NCBI GenBank assembly: GCA_029624735.1
Contig: JARSSM010000016.1
Span: 5,993-69,992, forward strand
Origin: Defluviicoccus sp.
Lineage (GTDB): Bacteria; Pseudomonadota; Alphaproteobacteria; Rhodospirillales; Defluviicoccaceae
Length of the DNA stretch: 64,000 bases
Direction: 5' to 3'
Shown: piece after piece, positions 48,920 to 58,358 of the stretch
Position numbering within the stretch: position 1 is the stretch's first letter
How the letters are laid out: every line of letters starts with the position of its first letter
Notes under the pieces: generated by a model
Seen by the model: only the letters and a program-made list of their open reading frames with translations
What the model was told of the DNA's origin: nothing
Databases searched by the model: none
Position numbers and translations under genes: made by a program

Positions 48920-50245
48920 ATGAGCGACGAAAACGTCCCTGCCGCTGAGAAGAACAGAACTGTTACTCTCATCGACAACTTGACCGGGCGCCGCTTTGAA
49001 CTGTCGATCCTCAGCGGGTCGACGGGACCTGACGTCATTGATGTCAGGAAGCTGTTCCAGGAGACAGGTTACTTTACATTCGATCCAGGATATACATCAA
49101 CTGGCAGCTGCGAATCGAGTATTACATACATCGACGGCGACGAAGGGGTCCTGTTGTATCGCGGCTATCCGATTGAGGAACTCGCGCAACACTCCGACTT
49201 CATGGAAGTGTGTTATCTTCTGCTGTACGGCGATTTGCCCAATGCCGACCAGAAGCGGAAGTTCGAGCACGACATTACCTACCACACCATGCTGCACGAG
49301 CAGATGGCGAAGTTCATCGAGGGGTTCCGGCGGGATTCCCATCCGATGGCGGTGATGGTCGGCATGGTCGGCGGTATGTCGGCTTTCTACCATGACTCGA
49401 CCGACATCACGAACCCGCGCCATCGCATGGTTGCGTCCTACCGGCTGATCGCCAAGATGGCGACCATGGCGACGTGGGCGTACAAGTACTCCCTCGGCCA
49501 GCCCTTCATCTATCCCCGCAATGATCTGCGCTTTGCGGAAAACCTGCTGCACATGATGTTCGCGGTGCCGTGCGAGCCCTACCGGGTCAATCCGGTGCTG
49601 GCGCGGGCCATGGACCGCATCCTCATCCTGCACGCCGATCATGAGCAGAACGCCTCGACCTCGACCGTTCGCCTGGCGGGATCGAGCGGTGCCAACCCGT
49701 TCGCCTGCATCGCGGCCGGGATCGCATCCCTGTGGGGACCGGCGCACGGCGGTGCCAACGAGGCGGTGCTGCGCATGCTGGAGGAGGTCGGCGATAAACG
49801 CCGGATCGGCGAGTATGTCCGCCGGGCGAAGGACAAGGATGACCCGTTCCGCCTGATGGGGTTCGGTCACCGCGTGTACCGCAATTACGATCCGCGGGCG
49901 CGGATTATGCGGGAATCGTGTCACGCGGTGCTGAACGAATTGGATATGCGCGACGATCCGCTGCTCGAACTGGCGATGGAGCTGGAGAAGATCGCACTGG
50001 AAGACGACTATTTCGTCTCCAAGAAGCTCTATCCCAATGTCGACTTCTATTCCGGCATCATCTTCCGCGCGATGGGCATCCCGACCTCGATGTTTACGGT
50101 CCTGTTTGCAGTCGCCCGAACGGTCGGCTGGGTCGCGCAGTGGAACGAGATGATCGAGGATCCGACGCAAAAGATCGGCCGGCCACGCCAGCTCTATTCG
50201 GGGCCGACGCGGCGCGCATACAAGCCACTGGCGCAGCGGGTGTAG
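48920..50245 (+). CDS. gltA: Citrate synthase (type II)
   Basis: [45 protein letters not shown]. Confidence 0.97.
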   Translation: MSDENVPAAEKNRTVTLIDNLTGRRFELSILSGSTGPDVIDVRKLFQETGYFTFDPGYTSTGSCESSITYIDGDEGVLLYRGYPIEELAQHSDFMEVCYLLLYGDLPNADQKRKFEHDITYHTMLHEQMAKFIEGFRRDSHPMAVMVGMVGGMSAFYHDSTDITNPRHRMVASYRLIAKMATMATWAYKYSLGQPFIYPRNDLRFAENLLHMMFAVPCEPYRVNPVLARAMDRILILHADHEQNASTSTVRLAGSSGANPFACIAAGIASLWGPAHGGANEAVLRMLEEVGDKRRIGEYVRRAKDKDDPFRLMGFGHRVYRNYDPRARIMRESCHAVLNELDMRDDPLLELAMELEKIALEDDYFVSKKLYPNVDFYSGIIFRAMGIPTSMFTVLFAVARTVGWVAQWNEMIEDPTQKIGRPRQLYSGPTRRAYKPLAQRV

Positions 50246-50343
50246 GGGAGGCCGACCAGCGCCGCATCGGAGTCCGGCGGCCTGCAGCCCGATAACGCGG
50301 GGGCGCGGTGGCGCTTGCGCCCGTCAACGGAGGGAGAGCGGCG

Positions 50344-51579
50344 GTGGCGCGCCTTTCGGTGCCGAAGGACCGGATCAAGGTTGTCCTGCTTGAAGGCGTC
50401 CACGCGAGTGCGCGGGATGTCTTCCTTGCCCACGGCTATGAGAATGTCGAGCTCTTGAGCGGTGCGCTCGATGGCGCCGCCCTTCAAGCCCGGCTGGCCG
50501 ACGCCCACATCGTCGGCATCCGCTCGCGAACCAAGCTGACCGCACCGCTGATCGCTGCCGCCGAGCGCGTGTTCTGCATTGGCTGCTTCTGCATCGGTAC
50601 CAATCAGGTCGATCTGCAGGCGGCCAAGCTCAGGGGCATTCCCGTCTTCAATGCACCCTATTCAAACACCCGCTCGGTTGCGGAACTCGTCATCGGCGAG
50701 ATCATCATGTTGGCGCGCCGGGTGCCCGAGAAATCGGCGCAGGCGGCGACCGGGCACTGGCGCAAGGACGTCTCCGGCGCCCGCGAGATCCGCGGCAAGA
50801 CGCTCGGGATCGTCGGCTACGGCCACATCGGCTCGCAGGTCTCTGTCCTGGCCGAAGGGCTGGGAATGCATGTGCGCTATTTCGACATCGTCGACAAGCT
50901 CGCGCTTGGCAATGCGCAGCCGAGCCCGAGCCTCGATGCGCTCCTGGCCAGCTCCGATGTCGTCACCCTGCACGTGCCGGCGACGTCCGCAACGCGCGGC
51001 ATGATCGGCGCGCACGCGCTCAAGCGAATGAAACAAGGCGCCGTTCTGATCAATGCCGCCCGCGGCGATGTGGTCGACGTCGAGGCGCTGGCCGAGGCCT
51101 TGCGATCGGGGCATCTCGCGGGCGCCGCTGTCGATGTCTTTCCGAGCGAGCCGGCCCGCGACGACGAACCGTTCAGCTCGCCCCTGCAGGGGATCGCCAA
51201 CGTCATCCTGACGCCGCACATCGGCGGCTCGACGGAGGAGGCGCAGGCCAGCATCGGCCGCGAGGTCGCGGAAAAGCTCGTCCGCTACTCGGACAACGGC
51301 TCCACCGTCGGCGCCGTCAACTTTGTCGAGGTATCGTTGCCGGTCCAAGCGGGCATGACCCGCTTCTTGCACATTCATCGCAATGTTCCGGGCGTGCTGG
51401 CGGCGGTAAACCGCGTTTTCTCGGCGAGGTCGCTGAACATCGCCGGACAGTATCTGCGCACCGATGCCGACGTCGGCTACGTCGTCAGCGATATCGGCGG
51501 CGATCTGGTGGAGGGAATGGGGGTTCGCCGCGATTTGGACGCGATCGAGGGAACAATTCGCGTTCGGTTCCTGTATTGA
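50344..51579 (+). CDS. serA: D-3-phosphoglycerate dehydrogenase, E. coli-like short form with ACT domain
   Basis: IGIRSRT, CIGTNQVDL, GIVGYGHIG, TPHIGGSTEEAQ, HRNVPGVL. Confidence 0.9.
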   Translation: MARLSVPKDRIKVVLLEGVHASARDVFLAHGYENVELLSGALDGAALQARLADAHIVGIRSRTKLTAPLIAAAERVFCIGCFCIGTNQVDLQAAKLRGIPVFNAPYSNTRSVAELVIGEIIMLARRVPEKSAQAATGHWRKDVSGAREIRGKTLGIVGYGHIGSQVSVLAEGLGMHVRYFDIVDKLALGNAQPSPSLDALLASSDVVTLHVPATSATRGMIGAHALKRMKQGAVLINAARGDVVDVEALAEALRSGHLAGAAVDVFPSEPARDDEPFSSPLQGIANVILTPHIGGSTEEAQASIGREVAEKLVRYSDNGSTVGAVNFVEVSLPVQAGMTRFLHIHRNVPGVLAAVNRVFSARSLNIAGQYLRTDADVGYVVSDIGGDLVEGMGVRRDLDAIEGTIRVRFLY

Positions 51580-52039
51580 ATTCTCTTTGCCCCAGTAGCG
51601 GTGCCCTCGCTGATTGTGTCCCGTTCTAGGGCACGCGCTCTTGGATTAGTGGCTCGTTCGCGAACAATCATTACGTCCCATGACGGCGTTGTGCTGGCAG
51701 CGCGGTTGTGCTTATATGCCCCAAACGGGGTCGTTTTGGATCGCTAAGCTGCTTCGAGGGGCCCTATTGGGTCTTTCGCGCGGAGCAATCCTTGTTCTGC
51801 GGTGGGACAGTTCCGCCTCAGATTCAACGACTCTGTTCGCAGGTCAAACGACCGGAAAGGAGGCAGAAGACACCATCGAGGGAGATGCGAAAGCGGGTGC
51901 CGCCGCCTCCAAGAGGATCGGGGCGAGCGCCGGCGATCAGTTCGAGCATCTCGCTGCAACGCGACAACCAATACAGATGACGAGAAATCAGTCAAATCGC
52001 GAATAAGAAACGAAATGACACGCCATGGGGTGATTAAGA

Positions 52040-52495
52040 ATGCTCAAGAAAGGCTTGGACTTCACGTACGGTACTAATCATGCGAAGCACCGAGGAGCCA
52101 TCGCCGCAGATCCTCGCTCCCCGAAAAGCGCGCACCAAGACGGAACTGAACCGCCGCATTACCTGACTGACGATATCGCCGTCGAGGAGTGGAAGCGTGT
52201 GGCTTCTCATCTTCTTGCCGATGGTTTGCTGACAGCCGCCCGCCGTGCCTTGCTGGTGGGATACTGCACGGCTGTTGCAAGAGCCATTCGTGCCGAAGAA
52301 ACGCTTCTCCGAGAGGGCCGATACTATGAAACTGAAACCAATCGAGGTTCCGTCATGCGGCGCCGGCATCCTGCCGCACAAGACTCGGAACAGGCGTGGT
52401 GCGCCGTTCGCAAGTTCGCCCGCCAGCTTGGCCTCGCGACGCAAAGCCCTGACGATCTTGGGGCGGGCGGCGGCCGCCGAGCAATCTTTAAATGA
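52040..52495 (+). CDS. Phage terminase small subunit, P27 family-like
   Basis: PPHYL...EEWKRV...L...GLL...L..YC...A...L..EG...RHPA...FARQLGL pattern; directly upstream of TerL. Confidence 0.75.
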   Translation: MLKKGLDFTYGTNHAKHRGAIAADPRSPKSAHQDGTEPPHYLTDDIAVEEWKRVASHLLADGLLTAARRALLVGYCTAVARAIRAEETLLREGRYYETETNRGSVMRRRHPAAQDSEQAWCAVRKFARQLGLATQSPDDLGAGGGRRAIFK

Positions 52496-54026
52496 GACCT
52501 TCAGCTACAGTGAAACCCTTGCCAGGCAGGTTCTTTTTTTCGTTGAGGAATACTGCAGCCATGTCAAGGGCCCCCTAACCGGCCACCCGCTCAGGCTTGC
52601 GCCCTGGCAGCGCAAGCTCGTCTGCAACCTGTTCGGCTGGCAGCGCACCGACGCCAGACGGCGTTACCGTTACGTCTGGCTCGAGGCGCCGCGCAAATCG
52701 GGCAAGACGACGCTCGCGGCGGCTCTCGGCCTTTACATGCTGGTCGTCGATCCGGAGCCGGGGGCCGAGATCGTCATCGCCGCCGCCGATATCAAGCAGG
52801 CGATGATCTGCTTCAGCATCGCGACCGAGATGATCGCCCGCGATCCGGATCTGTCCTCGCTGTGCCGGGTGCACAAGCACGTGATCGCGTACAAGGACGC
52901 GCACTTGCGCATCGTCTCGTCCCGCGCGGAGCAGAAACACGGCGAGAACATCTCCTGCCTGATCTTTGACGAACTGCACCTGCAGCCGTCACGCGTGCTG
53001 CATGACGCCCTGATCACGAGCATGGCCGCCCGGAACGATCCGCTCGTTCTCTATCTGACCACCGCCGGCTGGGATCCGACGTCGCTGGCCTGGGAGTTCC
53101 ATTCCTACGCGCGCAAAATTCAAGACGACCTGATCGACGATCCAAGCTGGCTGGTGGCGATGTTCGGTGCCGAGCCGGACGCTGACTGGACCGACCCGCG
53201 GGTGTGGGCCGACGCCCATCCTGGTCTGGGCGTCTCGGTGGCGGAGGACTTCTTGCGCCAGGAGTGTGCCCGCGCGCTCCAAACGCCGGGCTTCATCCGC
53301 AGTTTCCGCCGCCTTTATCTGAACATATGGAGCGAAAAGTCCTCGATCTGGCTCGACGTGAAACAGTGGGATGCGTGTGGCGACACACCGCTTGCGCTCG
53401 AGGCGCTGGCGGGGCGGGAATGCTACGCCGGACTCGACCTGAGCTCGACCGCCGACTTGACGGCGCTCGTCCTCATGTTCCCCGATCCGGATGGCGGCTG
53501 TACCGTGCTGCCGTTCGCATTCTGTCCGGAAACGACGCTCGTCGAGCGCACGCGCAAGGAGAACGCAGCCTATCTCGAATGGCACGAGAAGGGCTACGTG
53601 ATCGCCACACCGGGCAACGTCGTCGACTACAACGCGATCCTCGCCAAGATCCGCGAACTGGCGGAGACCTATCATCTGGTCGAGATCGCTTACGACCGCT
53701 GGAACGCCTCGATGCTGATCAACGAGCTGACCGCCGACGGCTTCACCTGCGTGCCTGTGCCGCAGACGCCGACCGTGATGAACGCGCCGATGCGCGAACT
53801 CGAACGCCTCGCTGCGGAGGGAACCTTACGTCACGGTGGCCACCCGGTGCTGCGCTGGTGCGCCGGCAACACGGCGGTCGAGATGAGTGCCAACGGCGAT
53901 ATCAAGCCGGCGCGTGGCAAGAGCGTCGACAAGATCGACCTTATGGTCGCGCTGTTGATGGCGCTGTCCCGGCATCTGTTGCGGACCACCTGGGGCCCGA
54001 CGCCACTCGTGCCATTGTCCCGTTGA
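52458..54026 (+). CDS. Phage terminase large subunit (start codon unresolved; homology begins near 52497)
   Basis: HVKGPLTGHPLRLAPWQ, Walker A APRKSGKT, Walker B LIFDELH, YLTTAG, nuclease AGLDLSSTADLT, YDRWNA, DKIDLMVALLMA. Confidence 0.9.
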   Translation: MGRAAAAEQSLNETFSYSETLARQVLFFVEEYCSHVKGPLTGHPLRLAPWQRKLVCNLFGWQRTDARRRYRYVWLEAPRKSGKTTLAAALGLYMLVVDPEPGAEIVIAAADIKQAMICFSIATEMIARDPDLSSLCRVHKHVIAYKDAHLRIVSSRAEQKHGENISCLIFDELHLQPSRVLHDALITSMAARNDPLVLYLTTAGWDPTSLAWEFHSYARKIQDDLIDDPSWLVAMFGAEPDADWTDPRVWADAHPGLGVSVAEDFLRQECARALQTPGFIRSFRRLYLNIWSEKSSIWLDVKQWDACGDTPLALEALAGRECYAGLDLSSTADLTALVLMFPDPDGGCTVLPFAFCPETTLVERTRKENAAYLEWHEKGYVIATPGNVVDYNAILAKIRELAETYHLVEIAYDRWNASMLINELTADGFTCVPVPQTPTVMNAPMRELERLAAEGTLRHGGHPVLRWCAGNTAVEMSANGDIKPARGKSVDKIDLMVALLMALSRHLLRTTWGPTPLVPLSR

Positions 54027-54107
54027 CGCCGGGGGTGCGGCACCATACAAGACCGCCGGGCCACGATCTCCCACCGGATCGCGACCCATCTGCAAGGATG
54101 GGAGCTA

Positions 54108-55283
54108 ATGATGTCGACACCGCTGCGGCCGAACGTCCGTCCGGCCAACCCCTGCTTTTCTTCTGGACCCTGTGCCAAACGCCCCGGCTGGAACGTGGGC
54201 GCGCTCGCCGATGCCTGCGTTGGCCGCTCGCACCGCTCGAAGGCGGGTAAGGCCAAGCTGAAGGCGGTCATCGACCGCTCGCGCGCGCTCCTCGGCCTGC
54301 CATCTGATTTTCGCCTCGGAATCGTGCCGGCCTCGGACACGGGCGCGGTCGAGATGGCGCTGTGGTCGCTCCTGGGCGCCCGCGGCGTCGATGTGCTGGC
54401 TTGGGAGAGCTTCGGCAAGGAATGGCTGACCGACGTCACCAAGCAGCTGAAGCTCAAGGACGTGCGCACGATCCAGGCCGATTACGGCCGGCTGCCGGAC
54501 CTCTCGGCCGTAACCGGCGACAATGACATCATTTTCACCTGGAACGGCACCACGTCCGGCGTTGCCGTGCCGAACGGCGACTGGATCCCTCCCGACCGCA
54601 AGGGGCTCACGATTTGCGATGCCACTTCGGCGGTGTTCGCCTGGGAGATGCCGTGGGACAAGCTCGATGTCGTCACGTACTCCTGGCAGAAGGTGCTGGG
54701 TGGCGAGGCGCAGCACGGCATGCTCGCCTTAGGCCCGCGCGCGGTGGCAAGGCTTGAGAGCTACACGCCCTCCTGGCCGCTGCCGAAGCTCTTCCGCATG
54801 ACCAAGAACAGCAAGCTGATCGAAGGGGTGTTTGTCGGCGAGACCATCAACACGCCTTCGATGCTGGCGGTCGAGGATGCGCTGGACGCGCTCGTGTGGG
54901 CGGAATCGGTCGGCGGTGCGGCCGGATTGGTCGCGCGCTGCCGTGCCAATGCGGCGGCGATCGAGGCGTGGGTCGAGGCGAGCCCATGGATTGGCTTCCT
55001 TGCCGAGGATCCGCAGACCCGCTCGCGGACGTCTGTGTGCCTGAAGGTGGTCGATCCTGCATTCACCGCCTTGCCGGCCGACGCCCAGGCTGCGGCAGCA
55101 AAGCGGCTCGCTTCGCTGCTAGAGAGTGAAAAGGTCGCCTACGACATCGGCGCCTACCGCGATGCGCCGCCGGGTTTGCGCATCTGGGCCGGCGCCACCG
55201 TCGAGACGGCCGACCTGAAGGCTCTCTTCTCCTGGCTCGACTGGGCCTATGCCGTCGTCAAGAGCGAAATCGCTGCTTCCTGA
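54108..55283 (+). CDS. serC: Phosphoserine aminotransferase (alphaproteobacterial/Methanosarcina type)
   Basis: [59 protein letters not shown]. Confidence 0.95.
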   Translation: MMSTPLRPNVRPANPCFSSGPCAKRPGWNVGALADACVGRSHRSKAGKAKLKAVIDRSRALLGLPSDFRLGIVPASDTGAVEMALWSLLGARGVDVLAWESFGKEWLTDVTKQLKLKDVRTIQADYGRLPDLSAVTGDNDIIFTWNGTTSGVAVPNGDWIPPDRKGLTICDATSAVFAWEMPWDKLDVVTYSWQKVLGGEAQHGMLALGPRAVARLESYTPSWPLPKLFRMTKNSKLIEGVFVGETINTPSMLAVEDALDALVWAESVGGAAGLVARCRANAAAIEAWVEASPWIGFLAEDPQTRSRTSVCLKVVDPAFTALPADAQAAAAKRLASLLESEKVAYDIGAYRDAPPGLRIWAGATVETADLKALFSWLDWAYAVVKSEIAAS

Positions 55284-55300
55284 AAAGGGGTCCCCTTCCC

Positions 55301-56893
55301 GTGCCCAAAGTTCTCATCTCCGACGACATGAGCCCGCAGGCTGCGGAGATTTTCCGCGCCCGCGGCGTCGATGTCGACGTCAAGACCAATCTCAGCCCGG
55401 CTGAACTCAAAGCCTGCATCGGCGGCTACGACGGTTTGACCGTTCGCTCCGCGACCAAGGTTACGGCGGAGATCATTGCCGCCGCCGACCGGCTGCGGGT
55501 GATCGGCCGCGCCGGCATCGGTGTCGATAACGTCGATGTGCCCGCCGCCACCGCGCGCGGCATCGTCGTCATGAATACGCCGTTCGGCAACTCGATCACG
55601 ACCGCGGAACACGCGATTGCGATGATGTTCGCGCTCGCGCGGCAGATCCCGCAGGCAAACGCGTCGACGCACGCCGGCAAGTGGGAGAAGTCGAAGTTCA
55701 TGGGCGTCGAGCTCGCCGGCAAGACGCTCGGCATCATCGGCTGCGGCAACATCGGCAGCATCGTTGCCGACCGGGCGCAAGGGCTCAAGATGCGCGTCGT
55801 TGCCCATGATCCCTATCTGACGCCGGCGCGCGCGGAGGCGTTGGGGGTCGAGAAGGTCGATCTCGATCAGCTGTTCCGGCGCGCCGATTTCATCAGCTTG
55901 CATGCGCCCGCAACCGATGCAACCCGCGGCATCATCAACGCCGAGACGATCGCGAAAATGCGGCCAGGGGTGCGGATCATCAATTGCGCCCGCGGCGCGC
56001 TGGTCAACGAGGCGGACCTGAAGGCCGGGCTCGATTCTGGCCATGTCGCTGGCGCCGCCCTTGACGTCTTCGCCCAGGAGCCGGCCAAGCAGAATATCCT
56101 GTTCGGGATGCCCAACGTGGTCGTGACGCCGCATCTCGGCGCATCGACAGTGGAGGCGCAGGAGAAGGTTGCGCTGCAGGTCGCCGAACAGCTGGCGGAT
56201 TTCCTGCTCAAGGGCAGCGTCGTCAACGCGCTGAACATGCCCTCGGTCAGTGCCGAGGAGATGCCGCGGCTGCGCCCGTACATGGGTCTGGCGCGGCAGC
56301 TTGGCAGCCTCGCCGGGCAGCTGATCGAGAGTGCGGTCCGCTCGGTTACGATCGAGTACGAGGGGCACGCGGCAGCCTTGAACGTGAAGCCGTTGACCGC
56401 GCTCGTTCTCGAAGGGTTGCTGGCGCCGTTGATGGTCTCCGTCAACATGGTGAATGCACCCACGCTTGCGCTCGCGCGCGGGATCGCGGTCAGTGAGGTC
56501 AAGCGCGAACAGGCAGGCTCCCTGCAGACGCGGGTCACGCTCACGGTGGTCACGGAAGTCCAGAGCAGGACCCTGCGCGGCACCCTGGTCAACGGCGATC
56601 AACCGCGCATCGTCGAGATCAAGGGGATCCCGATGGACGCGCAGCTTCATCCCGCCATGCTGCTGGTCACCAACAATGACCGGCCTGGCCTGATCGGTGG
56701 CCTCGGGACCGTCCTCGGCAATGCCGGCATCAACATCGCGACCTTCCACTTGGGCCGCGACCGCCCTGGCGGCAACGCGATCGCACTGCTGGAGGTCGAC
56801 GAGCCGCCCTCGGAGGCGGTGCTCGACCAGATCCGTGCGCTGCCGAACGTCGTCCGGGTGAAATCGCTGCGGTTTGCCGCCGGCTTCTGCTGA
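55301..56893 (+). CDS. serA: D-3-phosphoglycerate dehydrogenase, long form with ASB and ACT domains
   Basis: VRSATKV, RAGIGVDNVD, GCGNIG, TPHLGASTVEAQ, NNDRPGLIG, NIATFHLGR. Confidence 0.95.
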   Translation: MPKVLISDDMSPQAAEIFRARGVDVDVKTNLSPAELKACIGGYDGLTVRSATKVTAEIIAAADRLRVIGRAGIGVDNVDVPAATARGIVVMNTPFGNSITTAEHAIAMMFALARQIPQANASTHAGKWEKSKFMGVELAGKTLGIIGCGNIGSIVADRAQGLKMRVVAHDPYLTPARAEALGVEKVDLDQLFRRADFISLHAPATDATRGIINAETIAKMRPGVRIINCARGALVNEADLKAGLDSGHVAGAALDVFAQEPAKQNILFGMPNVVVTPHLGASTVEAQEKVALQVAEQLADFLLKGSVVNALNMPSVSAEEMPRLRPYMGLARQLGSLAGQLIESAVRSVTIEYEGHAAALNVKPLTALVLEGLLAPLMVSVNMVNAPTLALARGIAVSEVKREQAGSLQTRVTLTVVTEVQSRTLRGTLVNGDQPRIVEIKGIPMDAQLHPAMLLVTNNDRPGLIGGLGTVLGNAGINIATFHLGRDRPGGNAIALLEVDEPPSEAVLDQIRALPNVVRVKSLRFAAGFC

Positions 56894-56953
56894 GGCCGAA
56901 GGACCTGGGGCCGAAGGATCTGGGGCCGAAGGATCTGGGGCCGGAGGGTCTAA
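56894..56953. repeat. 15-bp tandem repeat, four copies (last degenerate), between convergent serA and der
   Basis: GGCCGAAGGACCTGG GGCCGAAGGATCTGG GGCCGAAGGATCTGG GGCCGGAGGGTCTAA. Confidence 0.9.
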
Positions 56954-56976
56954 GGCCGGTGGGCGGGGCTGCCGGC

Positions 56977-58329
56977 CTAGTCGGCGTAGGGATTGCGCGG
57001 CTGGCGGACGACGAAGCGGAGCGGCACGCCGCCAAGCCCGAACCGATCGCGCAGGCCGTTGGCAAGAAAGCGGAGATAGCTTTCGGGCAGCGGCGCGACG
57101 CGGTTCGCGAATACGGCGAAGGTCGGCGGACGCGTTGAGACCTGGGCGATGTAGCGCAGCTTGAACGGCCGCCCGCCAACCATCGGCGGTGCCTGTTTCC
57201 CGCTCATCTCCTTGAGCCAGCGATTGAGCGGCCCGGTGCCGATGTGCTGGCTCCAGCTCTCGTAGGCTTCGAGCACGCGCGCCATCACGCCGCCGACGCC
57301 TGCACCGGTCAGCGCCGAGACGTAAACCGGCTTCAGGCCGCGCAACTGCGCGAGCGAGGTTTGAATGCGGCGGGCGAGATCGGCAGCACTTGCCCGGCGG
57401 TCGTGGATCAGGTCGGCCTTGTTGACGACGAGGAGCGGCGCCCGGCCTTCCTCGCTCACCCAGCGGGCGATGGTCAGATCCTGCTTCTCAAGGCCGACGC
57501 TGCCGTCGATGACGATGGCGCAGACGTGCGCAAAGCGGATCGCGCGCCGGGTATCGGCGGCGGCCAGCGCCTCCAGGCGGTCGTCGACCCTGGCCTGCCG
57601 GCGCAAGCCGGCGGTGTCGATCAGGCGGATGGCGCGGCCGGCATAGCTCCAGGCGATCGGCACCGCATCCCGGGTGATGCCGGCTTCAGGGCCGGTGATC
57701 ATCCGCTCCTCACCGACGAGCGCGTTGACGAGGCTCGATTTGCCGACGTTCGGGCGGCCGATGATGGCAAGCTGGATCTGTTTCGGACCTGGTTCAGCGC
57801 CTCTCGCGCCTGCTTCGGCCGCCGGCTCGATCTCACCGGCGGCGGCGTCCTTGAGTGCTTCGAGGAGGAGATGCAGGCCCTCGCCGTGGGCAGCGGACAG
57901 CGGCACTGGCTCGCCGAGGCCGAGGCCGTAGGCCTCCAGCAGCCCCGCCTCGCCGGCACCGCCGTCGTACTTGTTGGCTGCCAGCACCACCGGCAGGCCG
58001 GCGCGCCGGAGGATGCCGGCCAAGTCATGATCGAGCGGACTGATGCCGGCCCTGGCGTCGATCAGCATCAGGACCACTTTCGCTGTCGCCACGGCGCGTT
58101 CGGTCTGGGCTTGGATCCGGCCGGCGAGCGTGTCGGCGGCGGCGCCCTCGAAGCCGGCGGTATCGACGGCCGTGAATGCGAGGTCGCCCAGCTGCACCGC
58201 GGCCTCGCGGCGGTCGCGGGTGACGCCCGGGGAATCGTCGACGATCGCCAGCGGCCGGCCGGCCAAGCGATTGAACAACGTCGACTTGCCGACGTTGGGA
58301 CGGCCGACGATGACCACCGGCAAGGACAT
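56977..58329 (-). CDS. der: Ribosome biogenesis GTPase Der (EngA)
   Basis: Two GTPase domains (GRPNVGKS twice, DTAG, NKxD) plus KH-like C-terminus. Confidence 0.96.
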   Translation of the reverse strand: MSLPVVIVGRPNVGKSTLFNRLAGRPLAIVDDSPGVTRDRREAAVQLGDLAFTAVDTAGFEGAAADTLAGRIQAQTERAVATAKVVLMLIDARAGISPLDHDLAGILRRAGLPVVLAANKYDGGAGEAGLLEAYGLGLGEPVPLSAAHGEGLHLLLEALKDAAAGEIEPAAEAGARGAEPGPKQIQLAIIGRPNVGKSSLVNALVGEERMITGPEAGITRDAVPIAWSYAGRAIRLIDTAGLRRQARVDDRLEALAAADTRRAIRFAHVCAIVIDGSVGLEKQDLTIARWVSEEGRAPLLVVNKADLIHDRRASAADLARRIQTSLAQLRGLKPVYVSALTGAGVGGVMARVLEAYESWSQHIGTGPLNRWLKEMSGKQAPPMVGGRPFKLRYIAQVSTRPPTFAVFANRVAPLPESYLRFLANGLRDRFGLGGVPLRFVVRQPRNPYAD

Positions 58330-58358
58330 CGGCTGATCGAGCGGTTGTCTCGGCGCGG

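Noticed and set aside
51580-52039. LexA box, HNH gene or cos site upstream of terS; short ORF 51885-51980 with a good RBS
   Set aside because: No GTTC-N7-GTTC, no HNH motif and no identifiable cos; the 31-aa ORF has no supporting homology I can recognise
51580-54107. Calling the region a prophage or mobile element
   Set aside because: No integrase, portal, capsid, tail or replication gene; only the terminase pair is supported
56894-56953. CRISPR array interpretation of the 15-bp repeats
   Set aside because: Repeats are directly adjacent with no spacers, too short, and no cas genes are present
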